From assembly GCA_043228905.1 (NCBI GenBank), contig JBHGNT010000004.1, forward strand, positions 19,964,001-20,028,000: a stretch of 64,000 bases of DNA, read 5' to 3'. Below are positions 35,686 to 46,717 of this stretch, one piece after another; position 1 is the first letter of the stretch; each line of letters opens with the position of its first letter. A program made the translations under genes and the position numbers. A model generated the notes under the pieces. It searched no databases, was not told where the DNA came from, and was given only the letters and a program-made list of their open reading frames with translations. The DNA comes from Azolla caroliniana. Its lineage: Eukaryota > Plantae > Polypodiophyta.

Positions 35686-36073
35686 TGTCACAAAATGTCA
35701 ATATCAATATTCAAACATGTAACCATTAAACAAAAGTCTTATACTCTAACCATCACACCAACTTATTTAAATTCAAATGTTTTCATATTATTATTATCTA
35801 GACTTATGGCACTAGACACAATGGATAACCGCCAAATGGCATACAAGTACACCAAGTGGCACATAGTGTGTATGCCAAGTGGTGATCATGTGTAATCCTA
35901 TGCGTGCTATATAAGTGGTAGATCTGCTTAGTGTTGAACCATTCCAATTCAATGCCAGTCTTCAACACCCTTGTCATCTTGGCCTTTGGGTAATACAAAT
36001 TCTTGCCTTCTTGTTTTGCTATTGTCTTCATTTCTTCGAAATCGACGTTGTCTTCGAAGCTTCGGTAGTGACA
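35686..36073 (+). repeat. 3' LTR of bottom-layer chromovirus
   Basis: TGTCAC...GTGACA after the PPT; similar to LTR 58842-59289. Confidence 0.8.
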
Positions 36074-36818
36074 AGTGATACACGAGAACAAAGTGAAAGC
36101 CAAAACAAGAATGCAAGAAGAGATGAGAATTGTCTAATTTGAAGGGTTATGTCTAGAAAATAGTGGAGGTCAAGGTCTAAGATGATCTAATTGGGTGTTC
36201 AATATCGATTTAATGGGAAGAATGATTGTGTTGGATTAAGAAGGCAATGTGAAAATTGATTGAACCTCATGGGTTCATTGTATGATTAGCTAGGATATCA
36301 TTGTATTCGGAGAAGATTGTAGAACTCTTGCTTGGTGTGGGTCAAAGTAACAATGGGCCGCATTTGTATGCTCTCAATCGGAAATTGCGAGAACTCATTT
36401 CCCCCTCCATTGAGAATTTTCCGAGCACTAACCAAATATTTATACACTTCTCGAGTGACAAGTACTTCAACCACCAACCTAGTCTAGCGACGATCCCAAC
36501 GAAATTCTTGGTGCAAAAATCCAAGCATCCAGAAGTGTTTCTTTCTGTTGACTTGATAGGGCAGGAGAATTTGTGAATGCGGAGGAGAAGGGCCGACTAA
36601 GGACGAAACTTAAGAAGTTTGGCCATAAGCCAAAATTTGTCGATTTAAATCGAGCCTAGGGGTTTCCTAAATCGGCACAGCCCTAAAGGAAGGATCTTGT
36701 GAAAGGAAGAAGTGGATATAGAGCTGAGGCCATTTGTTTGTTGAGGAGAAGGCGTTGTTTTAGTCTTTAGATATATATGTACATACATACATTCATTATT
36801 TCGTACATATACATATAT

Positions 36819-37042
36819 CAAGCATAGTACGTAATATACTCGAATGCATTGGCAAACATTCGTCTTCGTACGAATTCAAAAGAATGCGTATGATATAAAA
36901 ACATTCTTATATATTTTTTTTACACTTTTTACGTTTAACTTTCTTACCTTAAAAAAATAAAACTTTACCTTACCATACTCGAATGATGGAAACATTCGCG
37001 AATGTGTATGAACGTATGGTGCGTATGGTTCATACTATGCTG
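36819..37042. mobile_element. MITE-like element in the CDKC promoter
   Basis: Inverted ends CA(A)GCATAGTA...TACTATGCTG in AT-rich flanks; internal sequence repeated at ~46245-46500. Confidence 0.7.
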
Positions 37043-37172
37043 ATATATGTACGTATATATTTAGTTTCGGTAAATCTCTCAAAATCAAAAGACCAAGCAA
37101 AGCTTGTGATGAGAGAGCGGGTCTGAACATTCTATCACACACACACACACAGAGACACACGCAGAGAGCGCC

Positions 37173-40100
37173 ATGGCTTCGGCGTCTGCAGGACAGCTGA
37201 ATTTAGAAGAGGCAACGTCGTGGGGCTCAAGGAGCGTTAACGTTTTCGAGAAGCTGGAGCAGATAGGAGAGGGCACTTACGGGTGAGTCATTCCACTCTG
37301 TTTCTTCTTCGACTCTCTCTCTTTTGATTTGATCTATGTGTATACACACATACACACACTTGGCACAGTGTATTGGACTTCTTAGAATGACATCCCCACC
37401 TGATAGGGAAAACACAAATTCTTTGCAATTGAAGGTGTTGGGAAACATCTCATCATTTGGGATGGGAGGATAAAGTCTATATTTGAACTCACTCTAAGCA
37501 TATGGCACACATGGGCTTAGTTAGTATACAGATACCAGGTTGGGATCCCAAAGAAGAATGCTGGTTTTTTTAGACAGCTAGGATAAAGATGCATTTTCCT
37601 AGAAATTCCCAAACTACATGATCTCAATTGCAAGAAATGTCAACGTTGCCATATCCAATTTCAGAAGGTAGATTGGACATTTGCATATCATTAAAAACTT
37701 CTCCTAAGTGAATATGACTTATGTAAATCACAAACTAATTGGTATCCATACATGGATGGTAGTATGGATTAGTAAAAAAGGGGGATTCCCAAGCTTCAAT
37801 AGTTGGGTGCAGATGGTAGTGCTGGTGGTGTGCCTGTCTCGTCTTCCTTTAAAGCTATTTATTTGGAAGGTTATCTTGGGTGGATTACCTCTAGAGTTTG
37901 TGTTATGGCAAAGGGGTATTGCTTATGTAATGCATTTGTTTTTATATGGTTATAGTGGAACATAATTGACATTGCTTCACCAGTTATCTGGTGTCAATAT
38001 CTATTTGGAAATTTACATTGTGGTGCGGGACTCTTTAATTGGAATGTCAAAGCCCCCTTTCCAATGGGTGTTTTCTGAAGTGGAGTTAGGATTGTCTTCT
38101 CTACATTTTCAGATTGTATTTGAGTTCATAAGATATTATGGATTATGACATTGTTTGTGTATGCGGAATGTCCCCTTTGTCTTTGATGTCCAATATGGGG
38201 TTCAGAGACTCATTGGTGGTTAAAATGCATATTGATGTGGTAATTCTTGTTGGAGAGTTTAGGGTGGTTGATTCAAGAGAAACCAAATATTTATAGATTT
38301 GGAAGGTCTCATATATACCATTTTCATGTGATTTTATCCCACATGAAGTTATACATCCATAATAATGTAACTAGAGACAAGGGATGTCATGGTGTCCCTA
38401 ATGGGTTTTGTGGTGGGTCGATAGGATCTTGTTGTCCTATCAATTATTGTTCTACATTTCATAACCACTACAGTACTATTTATCAAAGAGCACGGGGAAG
38501 CTGTGTGGCATTGATGCATGAAGTTATGATGCTAGATGATGGAAATCATTGTCAAATGGCTGAGAAATTAGTGTGATTTGAGCTCAGATGTATGAGTAAA
38601 TGAAATTATGCCTTATGTTTCCTTCTTGTTACAGGCAGGTTTATATGGCCAAAGAGATCGCTACCGGTGAAATTGTGGCTTTAAAAAAAGTTAGAATGGA
38701 CAATGAAAGAGAAGGGGTAGTTGTAAAATCTGTATATAAAATGGTTATGAGGCAGTGATAATTTTGATAAGAGGTTTGTGATTTTCTTTGTAGTTTCCGA
38801 TTACCGCAATTCGAGAAATAAAAATTTTAAAGAAGCTGGAACATGACAATGTGATCAAATTGAAAGAAATAGTAACTTCTCCAGGTTATTTTTACGTTCT
38901 TTGAAAGATTTCTGAGATTGCTAAAGTTTTGGATCTTATGTGTAATTTAAAGAATGATTGCCTGTGGCATCTCCTGTCATTCATTTAATGACATGGGAGA
39001 TAAGGGGGGGGGGGGTAACTACTTGCCATGAAGGAAAGAGATATTTACTTTCTGTTTTCAGGTCCTGAAAGGGACGAAAAAGGAAATTCAGGTAGATTAT
39101 ATGTGATATATTTTGTTCTGATTTCATGTTCTATGGGCTGCCATATGATTGTAATGGATTATGTATGGAGGTACATTACAGAGGGGAGCAAATACAAGGG
39201 TAGCATATACATGGTGTTCGAATACATGGACCATGATCTTACAGGCTTGTCTGATCGTCCAGGGATGCGATTTTCTGTGCCGCAAGTAAAGGTATACAGT
39301 CTTTTATATCATTTATTATCTAATAAATAAACATGATGTATTCTTAGTAACAGATTATGAAGGATTCTGTTGCCAATGTTGCAACATACTGCAGTGTTAC
39401 ATGAAACAATTGCTGACTGGACTTCACTATTGTCACATAAATCAAGTCCTACATCGGGATATAAAAGGCAAGCAGATTAAAAAATAGAATAAAGATTTAT
39501 ATTGAATCTCTAGATATTATGATCCTAAATGAACTTCTTTGTAATGGGACTGCTACTTTTATTTTGTTCCAAATTTGTAGAGGCACATAGTAAATCAATT
39601 CGTAAAACTTGGGATTCCATTCATAAAACTGCTGGATGTTGTGTTATGATAAATATCTGGTTGAGAAAACATGATATAACTGATGCTTGGAAAGGTGTAA
39701 CTTTATGTTATTACTTTGTGTAAAATATTTAAAGTTCAAAGCAATGCAAAATCTATTAATTCAATCAACTGCTGAAGTTGGAATGGTAAGTAGTTGCATT
39801 TGAGTTTTTTAATTTGTAGATGTTTGCTATCTTTAGCTCTGGATTAAGTTTTCGTTTGGATAGGTAGAAACTGCGTCAACCTCCAATGTATGAAAATTAA
39901 TTGATATAAACTTCAATTTTTTGACATAGGAATAAATGACATGATTTGCAGATATTGAAATAAATTAAGAGAAACTGACGCAAGGTTTTCTTGTTAACCT
40001 TGGTAGCTACCAAGCACGAAATAATCTGTTCTATGTCATATTTACTTTTTCTTGAAAGGTCATAAATAGAAAAGTAGAAATTAAAGCTAGCTCCCAACAG

Positions 40101-43100
40101 AAGTTAAAGCTGGCTCCCAACATACTCCTGAAGCTAATGCTATGGTGTTTGTGTCAACTTGTTACAGTTTTGGTATGGGATTTGCCCTGGACTAAACCCT
40201 AAACTCTTCATAAACATACTCTCTGCTATCTCCTACGTCCACACCACCTTACCTCTCACAACCCACTATATCCTATGTAATAATAGTTCCCTCATTCTTG
40301 TCCCTTAGGATATATTTGTTCACTGACGACACTAATAAATATATAGTTTGTTATATATTTTGGCAAATGGAAATGTATTGCAAAATTAAAAATATCACTT
40401 TTATTGAAAAGGATAGTTTCTTTAATGAATTATTAATGTTTTAGCTCATCTTTGAAGAGGAATATCCTGGTACATAATTTTCGTTCCATGGAGGTTTTGA
40501 AAGTGTTAGTAAGTGCTAGATTTCACTCATATCACTTTTTAGAGAAGTGATGGAATCTGTGTTCATTACTTCATTTAGAATTATATGAACCTTGGCCTAC
40601 TCGTGAGTAGGGATGCCTTGCCATAACATCTTTTCCTCATTGACAATTGAGTTTCTCGTGTAGCATAGATTTGCATCGCCATGGCTGTGACTAGTTTTTA
40701 TAAGTAGATTCTTTAATTTCTACTTTTTGTGATATTATGTAGATTGTTTTATTTTGGCAAATGGAAATATATTGCAAAATAAAAATATCAGTTTTATTGG
40801 AAAGGAGAGTTTCTTTAATGAATTGTTAATGTTTTAGCTCATCTTTGAAGAGGAATATCCTGGTATGTAATTTTCGTTCCTTGGAGGTTTTTAGAAGTGT
40901 TAGTAAGTGCTAGATTTCACTCATATCACTTTTTAGAGAAGTGATGGAATCTGTGTCATTACTTCATATAGAATTATATGAACCTTGGTTTTTAGAAGTG
41001 TTAGTAAGTGCTAGATTTCACTTATATCACTTTTTAGAGAAGTGATGGACTCTATGCTCATTACTTCATATAGAATTATATGAACCTTGGCCTACTCATG
41101 AGTTGGGATGCCTTGCCATAACATCTTTTCCTCATTGTCAATTGAGTTTCTCGTGTAGCATAGATTTGCATCGCCATAGCTGTGACTAGTTTCTATAAGC
41201 TGATTGTTTAATTTCTACTTTTTGTAATATTACGTAGGTTCGAATTTACTCATCGACAACAATGGAATCTTAAAGCTTGCTGATTTTGGGCTTGCAAGGT
41301 CATATACAGGGGATCAACAAGCAAAATTAACAAATCGTGTCATAACACTTTGGTACAGGTGCAATATTGTGGGTGTATGTTCCGTTTCTCTGAATTTTAC
41401 ATTTTCTAGCTATGTGTTCTAAGCTCCTCTTCGAAGATCACCCCGTTGAAATATCGCTCAATCTGTGCATAGACCACCAGAGCTTCTGATGGGGTCAACA
41501 AAATATGGTCCAGCTGTTGATATGTGGTCAGTTGGTTGTATATTTGCTGAACTTCTCTATGGAAAGCCTATTTTGCCAGGGAAAGATGAGGTACAATTAA
41601 AAATGTATCCTATCATTTTCTTCATAGATTTTTAATGTTTTGTTATTGCATTTTCCTTGGCATATAAAAAAAATCCCATTTTGCATGAGAAATATGAGGC
41701 ATGAGTAAAAGCATATATCTTGTTGTTTGTTGTAGATTCTTGTCTGTTGTTAAAGCTGATGCATCTTTCTTTGATGTTATTGCAGATAGAGCAGCTAAAT
41801 AAGATATTCGAGCTTTGTGGGTCTCCAGATGAGACAAACTGGCCAGGTGTTTCCAAACTTCCTTGGTTTAGTCAGTTTAAGCCGGACAGAGTTATGAGAC
41901 GGCGAGTGAGAGATGCTTTCAAACAGTATGTGCTCAGTAAATCATGCTGAATAAGTTAGCATATATTTTGAAGGATCCTTTTGATTAGGAGTGCCTTTCT
42001 GAAACTAGAGTTGGATGTTAGGACAGTTTTGACCGGCATGCTCTTGATCTCGTGGAGCGTCTTCTCACACTTGATCCATCACAGGTTCAATTATGGAATA
42101 AATTATACATTGGCATTTATTATCTCGGGCTATTTTATTGTTTCTTGATGGGTTTTTATCATCAATTCCTCTTCATTTAAATTCAAACAGAGAATGTCAG
42201 CAAAGGATGCCCTTGATGCAGAATACTTTTGGAATGATCCCTTGCCATGTTTACCAAGCAGGTTTTTGGCCATCTTCTTGAAGTATTAAATAAATAATTT
42301 ATTTCTTTAAGCCAATTTAACTTGCTAGTTACGTAGAAGTTTTAAAACATATTCTTATCTATAACTAAGAGGGGAATCCGAATGGCATGGCGTGAAAGGT
42401 GTGCGTCTTTATGCCATCCTGATTTACACTTGCTTTTAAACCATTTGGACCCAGGCGTCTTTCACATTAGGGCGAAGGAATTAGGTAAAAATATGTTGGT
42501 TCAATCAGAAATCTTTCATTTTAAAAGACTCACTGATGCTAGCTGGTAGAAAAACTTCTTTTCCATTACCTCCGGCCACACCACTTTATGCCTTGGTAGA
42601 AAAACTGTTCGTGTGGAAGTGGTACCTTTTTTGTTTTTAATTCATTGTTTATGTAGGGAGAGCAGAGAGAAAGTGTAAATGAAAAATAGAGATGGAAAGA
42701 GTATGGTTCTTCTTACCCATCATGTGTGAAATATATGGTGATGGAAGGTGTTTTTTCCACCCGTAAGTGCTCATAAAGTGATGCAATTTCCTGCGTTGTA
42801 AGCTTTGTAGTAGAAACGGGAATTATGGAGGGTGTGGACATAAATACGTTTTGGATTTAAGTTATGCAGCCTTATAAATATCTTTAATGCCAGGATAGCT
42901 TAAGTAATTAAGACTTTGTTTTTCACTTGAATGGATATTTCTGTTCAGCCTTCCAAAATATGAAGCATCACACGAGTTCCAAACCAAGAAAAAGCGTCAA
43001 CAACAAAGGCAACAAGAAGAGCTATCAAAGCGGCAAAAGACACAGCATTCTCAGATGCACACTCGGCTTCCACCAGTACAAGGCCATTTACCAATGAGAT

Positions 43101-43417
43101 CAGGAGGCCAAACTACTGTTGCTGGTGGTCATCATCATTATACTGGACAAAGGGGCAGTGGGCCTCAAAATAGATATGTACAGCCTGGGAACCGAGGTCC
43201 CACTGGTGGAAGCTATAATCAGAACAGGGGGGGGGGTTCACTTAGTGGATTTGGTCCAGTTCCAGGTGGTAATTATGGCAGTGCTCCTTTGAGTGGTCCA
43301 CCAGGACGAGGTAATAATCCTGGTGGCTATGGGCAGGGTGGAGCTTCTTATTCAGGTAACACTTCAGGTAGGGGACCGAATATCCCCAGTAGTGGACGCT
43401 CCCAGCCATATACATAA
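37173..43417 (+). CDS. CDKC: Cyclin-dependent kinase C (CDK9-like), 12 coding exons
   Basis: Exons 37173-37282, 38635-38716, 38794-38884, 39062-39091, 39182-39291, 39395-39467, 41238-41358, 41473-41590, 41786-41925, 42027-42084, 42191-42261, 42949-43417; GEGTYG, PITAIRE, HRDIKGSN, DFG, LWYRPPE motifs and Gly/Pro-rich tail. Confidence 0.96.
37820..38330 (+). mobile_element. Decayed L1-type LINE 3' fragment in CDKC intron 1
   Basis: zf-RVT-like [15 protein letters not shown]; related to fragment at 45650-46050. Confidence 0.55.
40358..41237 (+). repeat. Tandem duplication (~390 bp, second copy with an extra ~100-bp internal repeat) at the 3' end of CDKC intron 6
   Basis: TTTGGCAAATGGAAAT... 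starts at ~40359 and ~40752; both copies end in TTCTACTTTTTGT..TATTA(T/C)GTAG. Confidence 0.85.
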
Positions 43418-44542
43418 TGGCAGGAAGAGGACAGCCATATGGATGAAGACTACGAAAGAAGACATATTGAACACTTTGATTTGGACAAAACAATTCATGG
43501 AATAGGTGATGTTTCCGGTTGGAGTGTGGGCTGGAGGAGTTGGGAAGAAAAAGGTCACTACCTGTACTATGTAGTATCTCGACTTGGACGTTTATTTGTT
43601 TATTTTGCACTTAATTCTTCTAATTTGTATAAACAACAAATATCCCAGCCATATGGATAAAAATAAAAGCAAAACATATTTGAACACTGCAATTCGGATA
43701 AACAGGAAGTGAGTGGTGTTGTTGGAAGACTCGCTGGAGTAGTTGATAATAATTTGTACAATGTGAAAAACTGACTTGGAATTTGAAAATTTGCCCATTT
43801 TTGGTTGTCGGGTTCAATTTTTCTGATTTTTTTAAGTACATATGGATGTAAAGGAAAAAAAATACACTTTTTAAACACTTGAATTTTTATAAAAAGGTAG
43901 TGCGACTAAAAAGGTTTTTTGGATCTATGAGGATTACTTTTGTGTGTTATATGACCTACTGTATAGTTGGTGAAACTTGCAGAACAAAACATATTAAGGC
44001 TATAGGTGATTGTTAGTACTACTCATAGTTGTATCATATGATGGTAAGTGTTCTTGGATTTTTGTGCTATTTCTTGTTTCTTCTAACTATTTCTATTTGC
44101 AGATTTTATATTTGTATATTTTCACATTTGTTTGTTTATAAGAATAAGAGATCTAATTGTAGGTTTATTGACAAACAAGAAGCTGCCCAAGTTTGGTTTA
44201 TATCTTGAGCATGCAAGAATTAAGTGTTGTTCATCATATACTAGTTTTTTGTTGCATGCCAATATCATCATACTTGCATGATGATGATGTCATGAAGCTG
44301 CCTCAACACCTAACTTGTGTGAGCAAGTTAGAAGAGTGTTAAGGCTGATTGGCCTTTGAAGATGGGGGAATAACATGAAGGTTACGTGAATTTGGTTGGT
44401 TGGCCTAAAAATGAAACCCGTTTAGTCTTTCTTTAATGATTCTACACTTTGCTTGGAAGGTCCAATTTCCCTGTGTTTCTTTGCCATTGAAAGAAAGGAA
44501 GAGGGGAAGAAAGGTGCAAGAGAGAGAGAAGAGAGCCTAGAT

Positions 44543-44754
44543 GGATGTAGTTTAGTTGGTAAGGTCACCTAATGTAGACTAGGAGGTCATGGGTTCAACC
44601 CATCACATTCTATAGTGCCATCTAGTGAATAAAGAGATATGTATGAAGTATGTAATAGAGAGGTGAGAAAATTGTGTTCAAACCCAAATGTAGTGCTTGT
44701 AGTGACTTACCTCTAGGGTAAGCTAATTATGATAAAGAGATTGATTGATTGATT
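44543..44754 (+). mobile_element. tRNA-derived SINE, copy 2, (GATT)n tail
   Basis: A box TAGTTTAGTTGG, B box GGTTCAACCC, body matches copy 1 through GGGTAAGCTAATTA.GATAA. Confidence 0.8.
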
Positions 44755-44826
44755 TTTGCATGTCATCCTTGCGTAGCACCCATGCTAATCTTCTCTATAT
44801 CGTTCCAAATTTATCAATGTCCCAAA
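44751..44826 (-). pseudogene. U6: U6 snRNA pseudogene fragment (3'-truncated, diverged)
   Basis: Minus strand GGGACATTGATAAATTTGGAACGATATAGAGAAGATTAGCATGGGTGCTACGCAAGGATGACATGCAAAAATC matches the U6 core; ACAGAGA box mutated to ATAGAGA. Confidence 0.9.
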
Positions 44827-44859
44827 TATTGTTGCAACCTCTCCGGTTCATGTTGTGGA

Positions 44860-46080
44860 GGAAAGGAGAAACGATGGGAGTTAAATGGATTTCAAGGGAC
44901 CATATGGCTACTCCTAAACGGTTAGGTAGTATACCAATACTCCATTAGGAAATGCATTTGATGGTTCATAGAGTTGCTTTATTATGAGATGTGTCAACAA
45001 GATAACCATGGATATCTATGATGCAATATTTTATTGAGCATGAAGGATTAGTGCATGTGAAAACAAAGTTTCAAGCATCGTAATGGCCATTACTCAATGG
45101 ATGTATTCCTCTAAAGAGTCAACATTTTGTATGCTGACAACAGTGGTAAGGTCATAGCTAGATGGATTATTGTTTTTTCAGTGAGCACCATCAAGTGATA
45201 GAGAATTTTGTAATTCATTACAAAATGAATTGCTCGTTTCTTCTCAAGTGTTGTATTGGCAAAGGAAAGAGATGCTAAGATCTCAATTCAATCTTTTATT
45301 TCGATTGGGAGTTGTACATCTGGGATGTGGTTGATAATGAATCTCAAAGGTTGTCGGAATTTGAAGTTGCCAAACGATGGTTATGTATTCCCCCAAATTA
45401 TGGATATATTTGGGAGAAATTACAAGATATATCATTATTGTTTGCATACTTGCCATTGAAGACGAATGTTGCACCTTGGGTGGATTGGCAGTTACATGAT
45501 GGTACACGCTTGTTATAGGTCACTACAAATATATTGTATCATGATCATGTAATGGCATCATTATCTTGGATATCTCCGAAAGCAGAAAATATGTGGAATG
45601 TATGTAAGTCGAATGGTAGGTGGTGGCAAATATTACAACGTGGTTGGCATTCCTATTTCCCATTTCGTGCAAAGGTATTCATATAGAGAGTCATGATTGG
45701 TGGGCGTCCATTAGATTCAGCCTTAAAGAGACAAGGACTAGGGTCAAGCAACACGTGTTTCTTTTGCACCATTCCGTTGGAGGACAAAACACATAGATTC
45801 ATCAAATGTCCTATAACGTGTATCATTTTGAAGTACTTATCAGACATTTGGCAAGTTTTAAGCCGTTGTTATTTGAGGGCCTCAACAATGGGTTTTTTCT
45901 CGGTATGTTCAAAATGGTCCAAATGACGCGATGGAGATATTATTCAATTGATACGATATTGGGGATTGCAACACAATTGGAATATGTGTAATGCTTTCAT
46001 GTTTGATAGTAGACATGGGGTGAAGGCCTATCTATATGAAGAAGTTGAAAGGTAGAGTCTTATTGGGAAGATATATATGA
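44860..46080 (+). mobile_element. Decayed L1-type LINE ORF2 3' remnant
   Basis: zf-RVT-like KVFI..MIGGRPLDSALKRQG..CFFC..EDKTHRFIKC. Confidence 0.6.
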
Positions 46081-46244
46081 AGAAATTGGAAAGATGCGCC
46101 TCACTTAAACAAGGGCAGACAAAAATTTTGGGAAACTGGGGAGCATTTTGAGAAGATAATAAATCGGACAAATCCAGGGGTATTTAGGGGAATAAGGAAA
46201 ATCTCAGGGGCATTTGGCGGGAAAACGATGGAGATCATGATTCA

Positions 46245-46500
46245 TAATACGTAATATACTCGAATGCATTGGCAAACCTTCTTCTTCATACGAATGCACA
46301 CGAATGCGTATGTTATCAAAACATAGAATGTTTTTTTTTTTTTTTAACACTTTTTACCTTAAAAAAAACTTTATCTTATAATAAATAATCGATACAAAAG
46401 TGTGGTATTTACCATATATACAAAAGTGTGGTATTTACAGAACTTTGAGGGTGTTTTCCATACGCGAAAGATTGAAAACATTCGCGAATGTTTCATGCTA
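46245..46500. mobile_element. Second copy of the MITE-like element, upstream of the 4/1-like gene
   Basis: TACGTAATATACTCGAATGCATTGGCAAAC... and AAACATTCGCGAATGT shared with 36819-37042. Confidence 0.7.
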
Positions 46501-46717
46501 TGATGGAGATGACTCAGGAGTTGGTTCTTCTTCTTCTTCTTCTTCGAAGCTCCCCCATGGCTGCTACTACTGTTTCTCTGGTCCACTTCTTCGCCGGAAA
46601 TCTTCATGTTTTGGCTCTGAATTTCTGCCATCGTTGATCAGAAATCCTCATTTATTATTATTATTATTCTTCTTCCTTCTGTTTCGTGTTTCTTCTTTCT
46701 TCTCCTCAGGCGTGCAA

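Larger units (their letters stand above)
17487..36073 (+). mobile_element. Old chromovirus (Tcn1-like Gypsy) 3' end: integrase tail/chromodomain, PPT and 3' LTR, split by nested insertions
   Basis: Pieces 17487-17531, 18127-18243 (PPLLVELVEEPECEVETILDSK..YLVDWLGY) and 35539-35680 (DQTWEPEENVINA..FHLRYP), PPT AAGGAGGGGATGA, LTR 35686-36073. Confidence 0.85.

Noticed and set aside
44751-44900. Functional U6 gene
   Set aside because: ACAGAGA box mutated, 3' end missing, and no convincing USE/TATA at the expected spacing.
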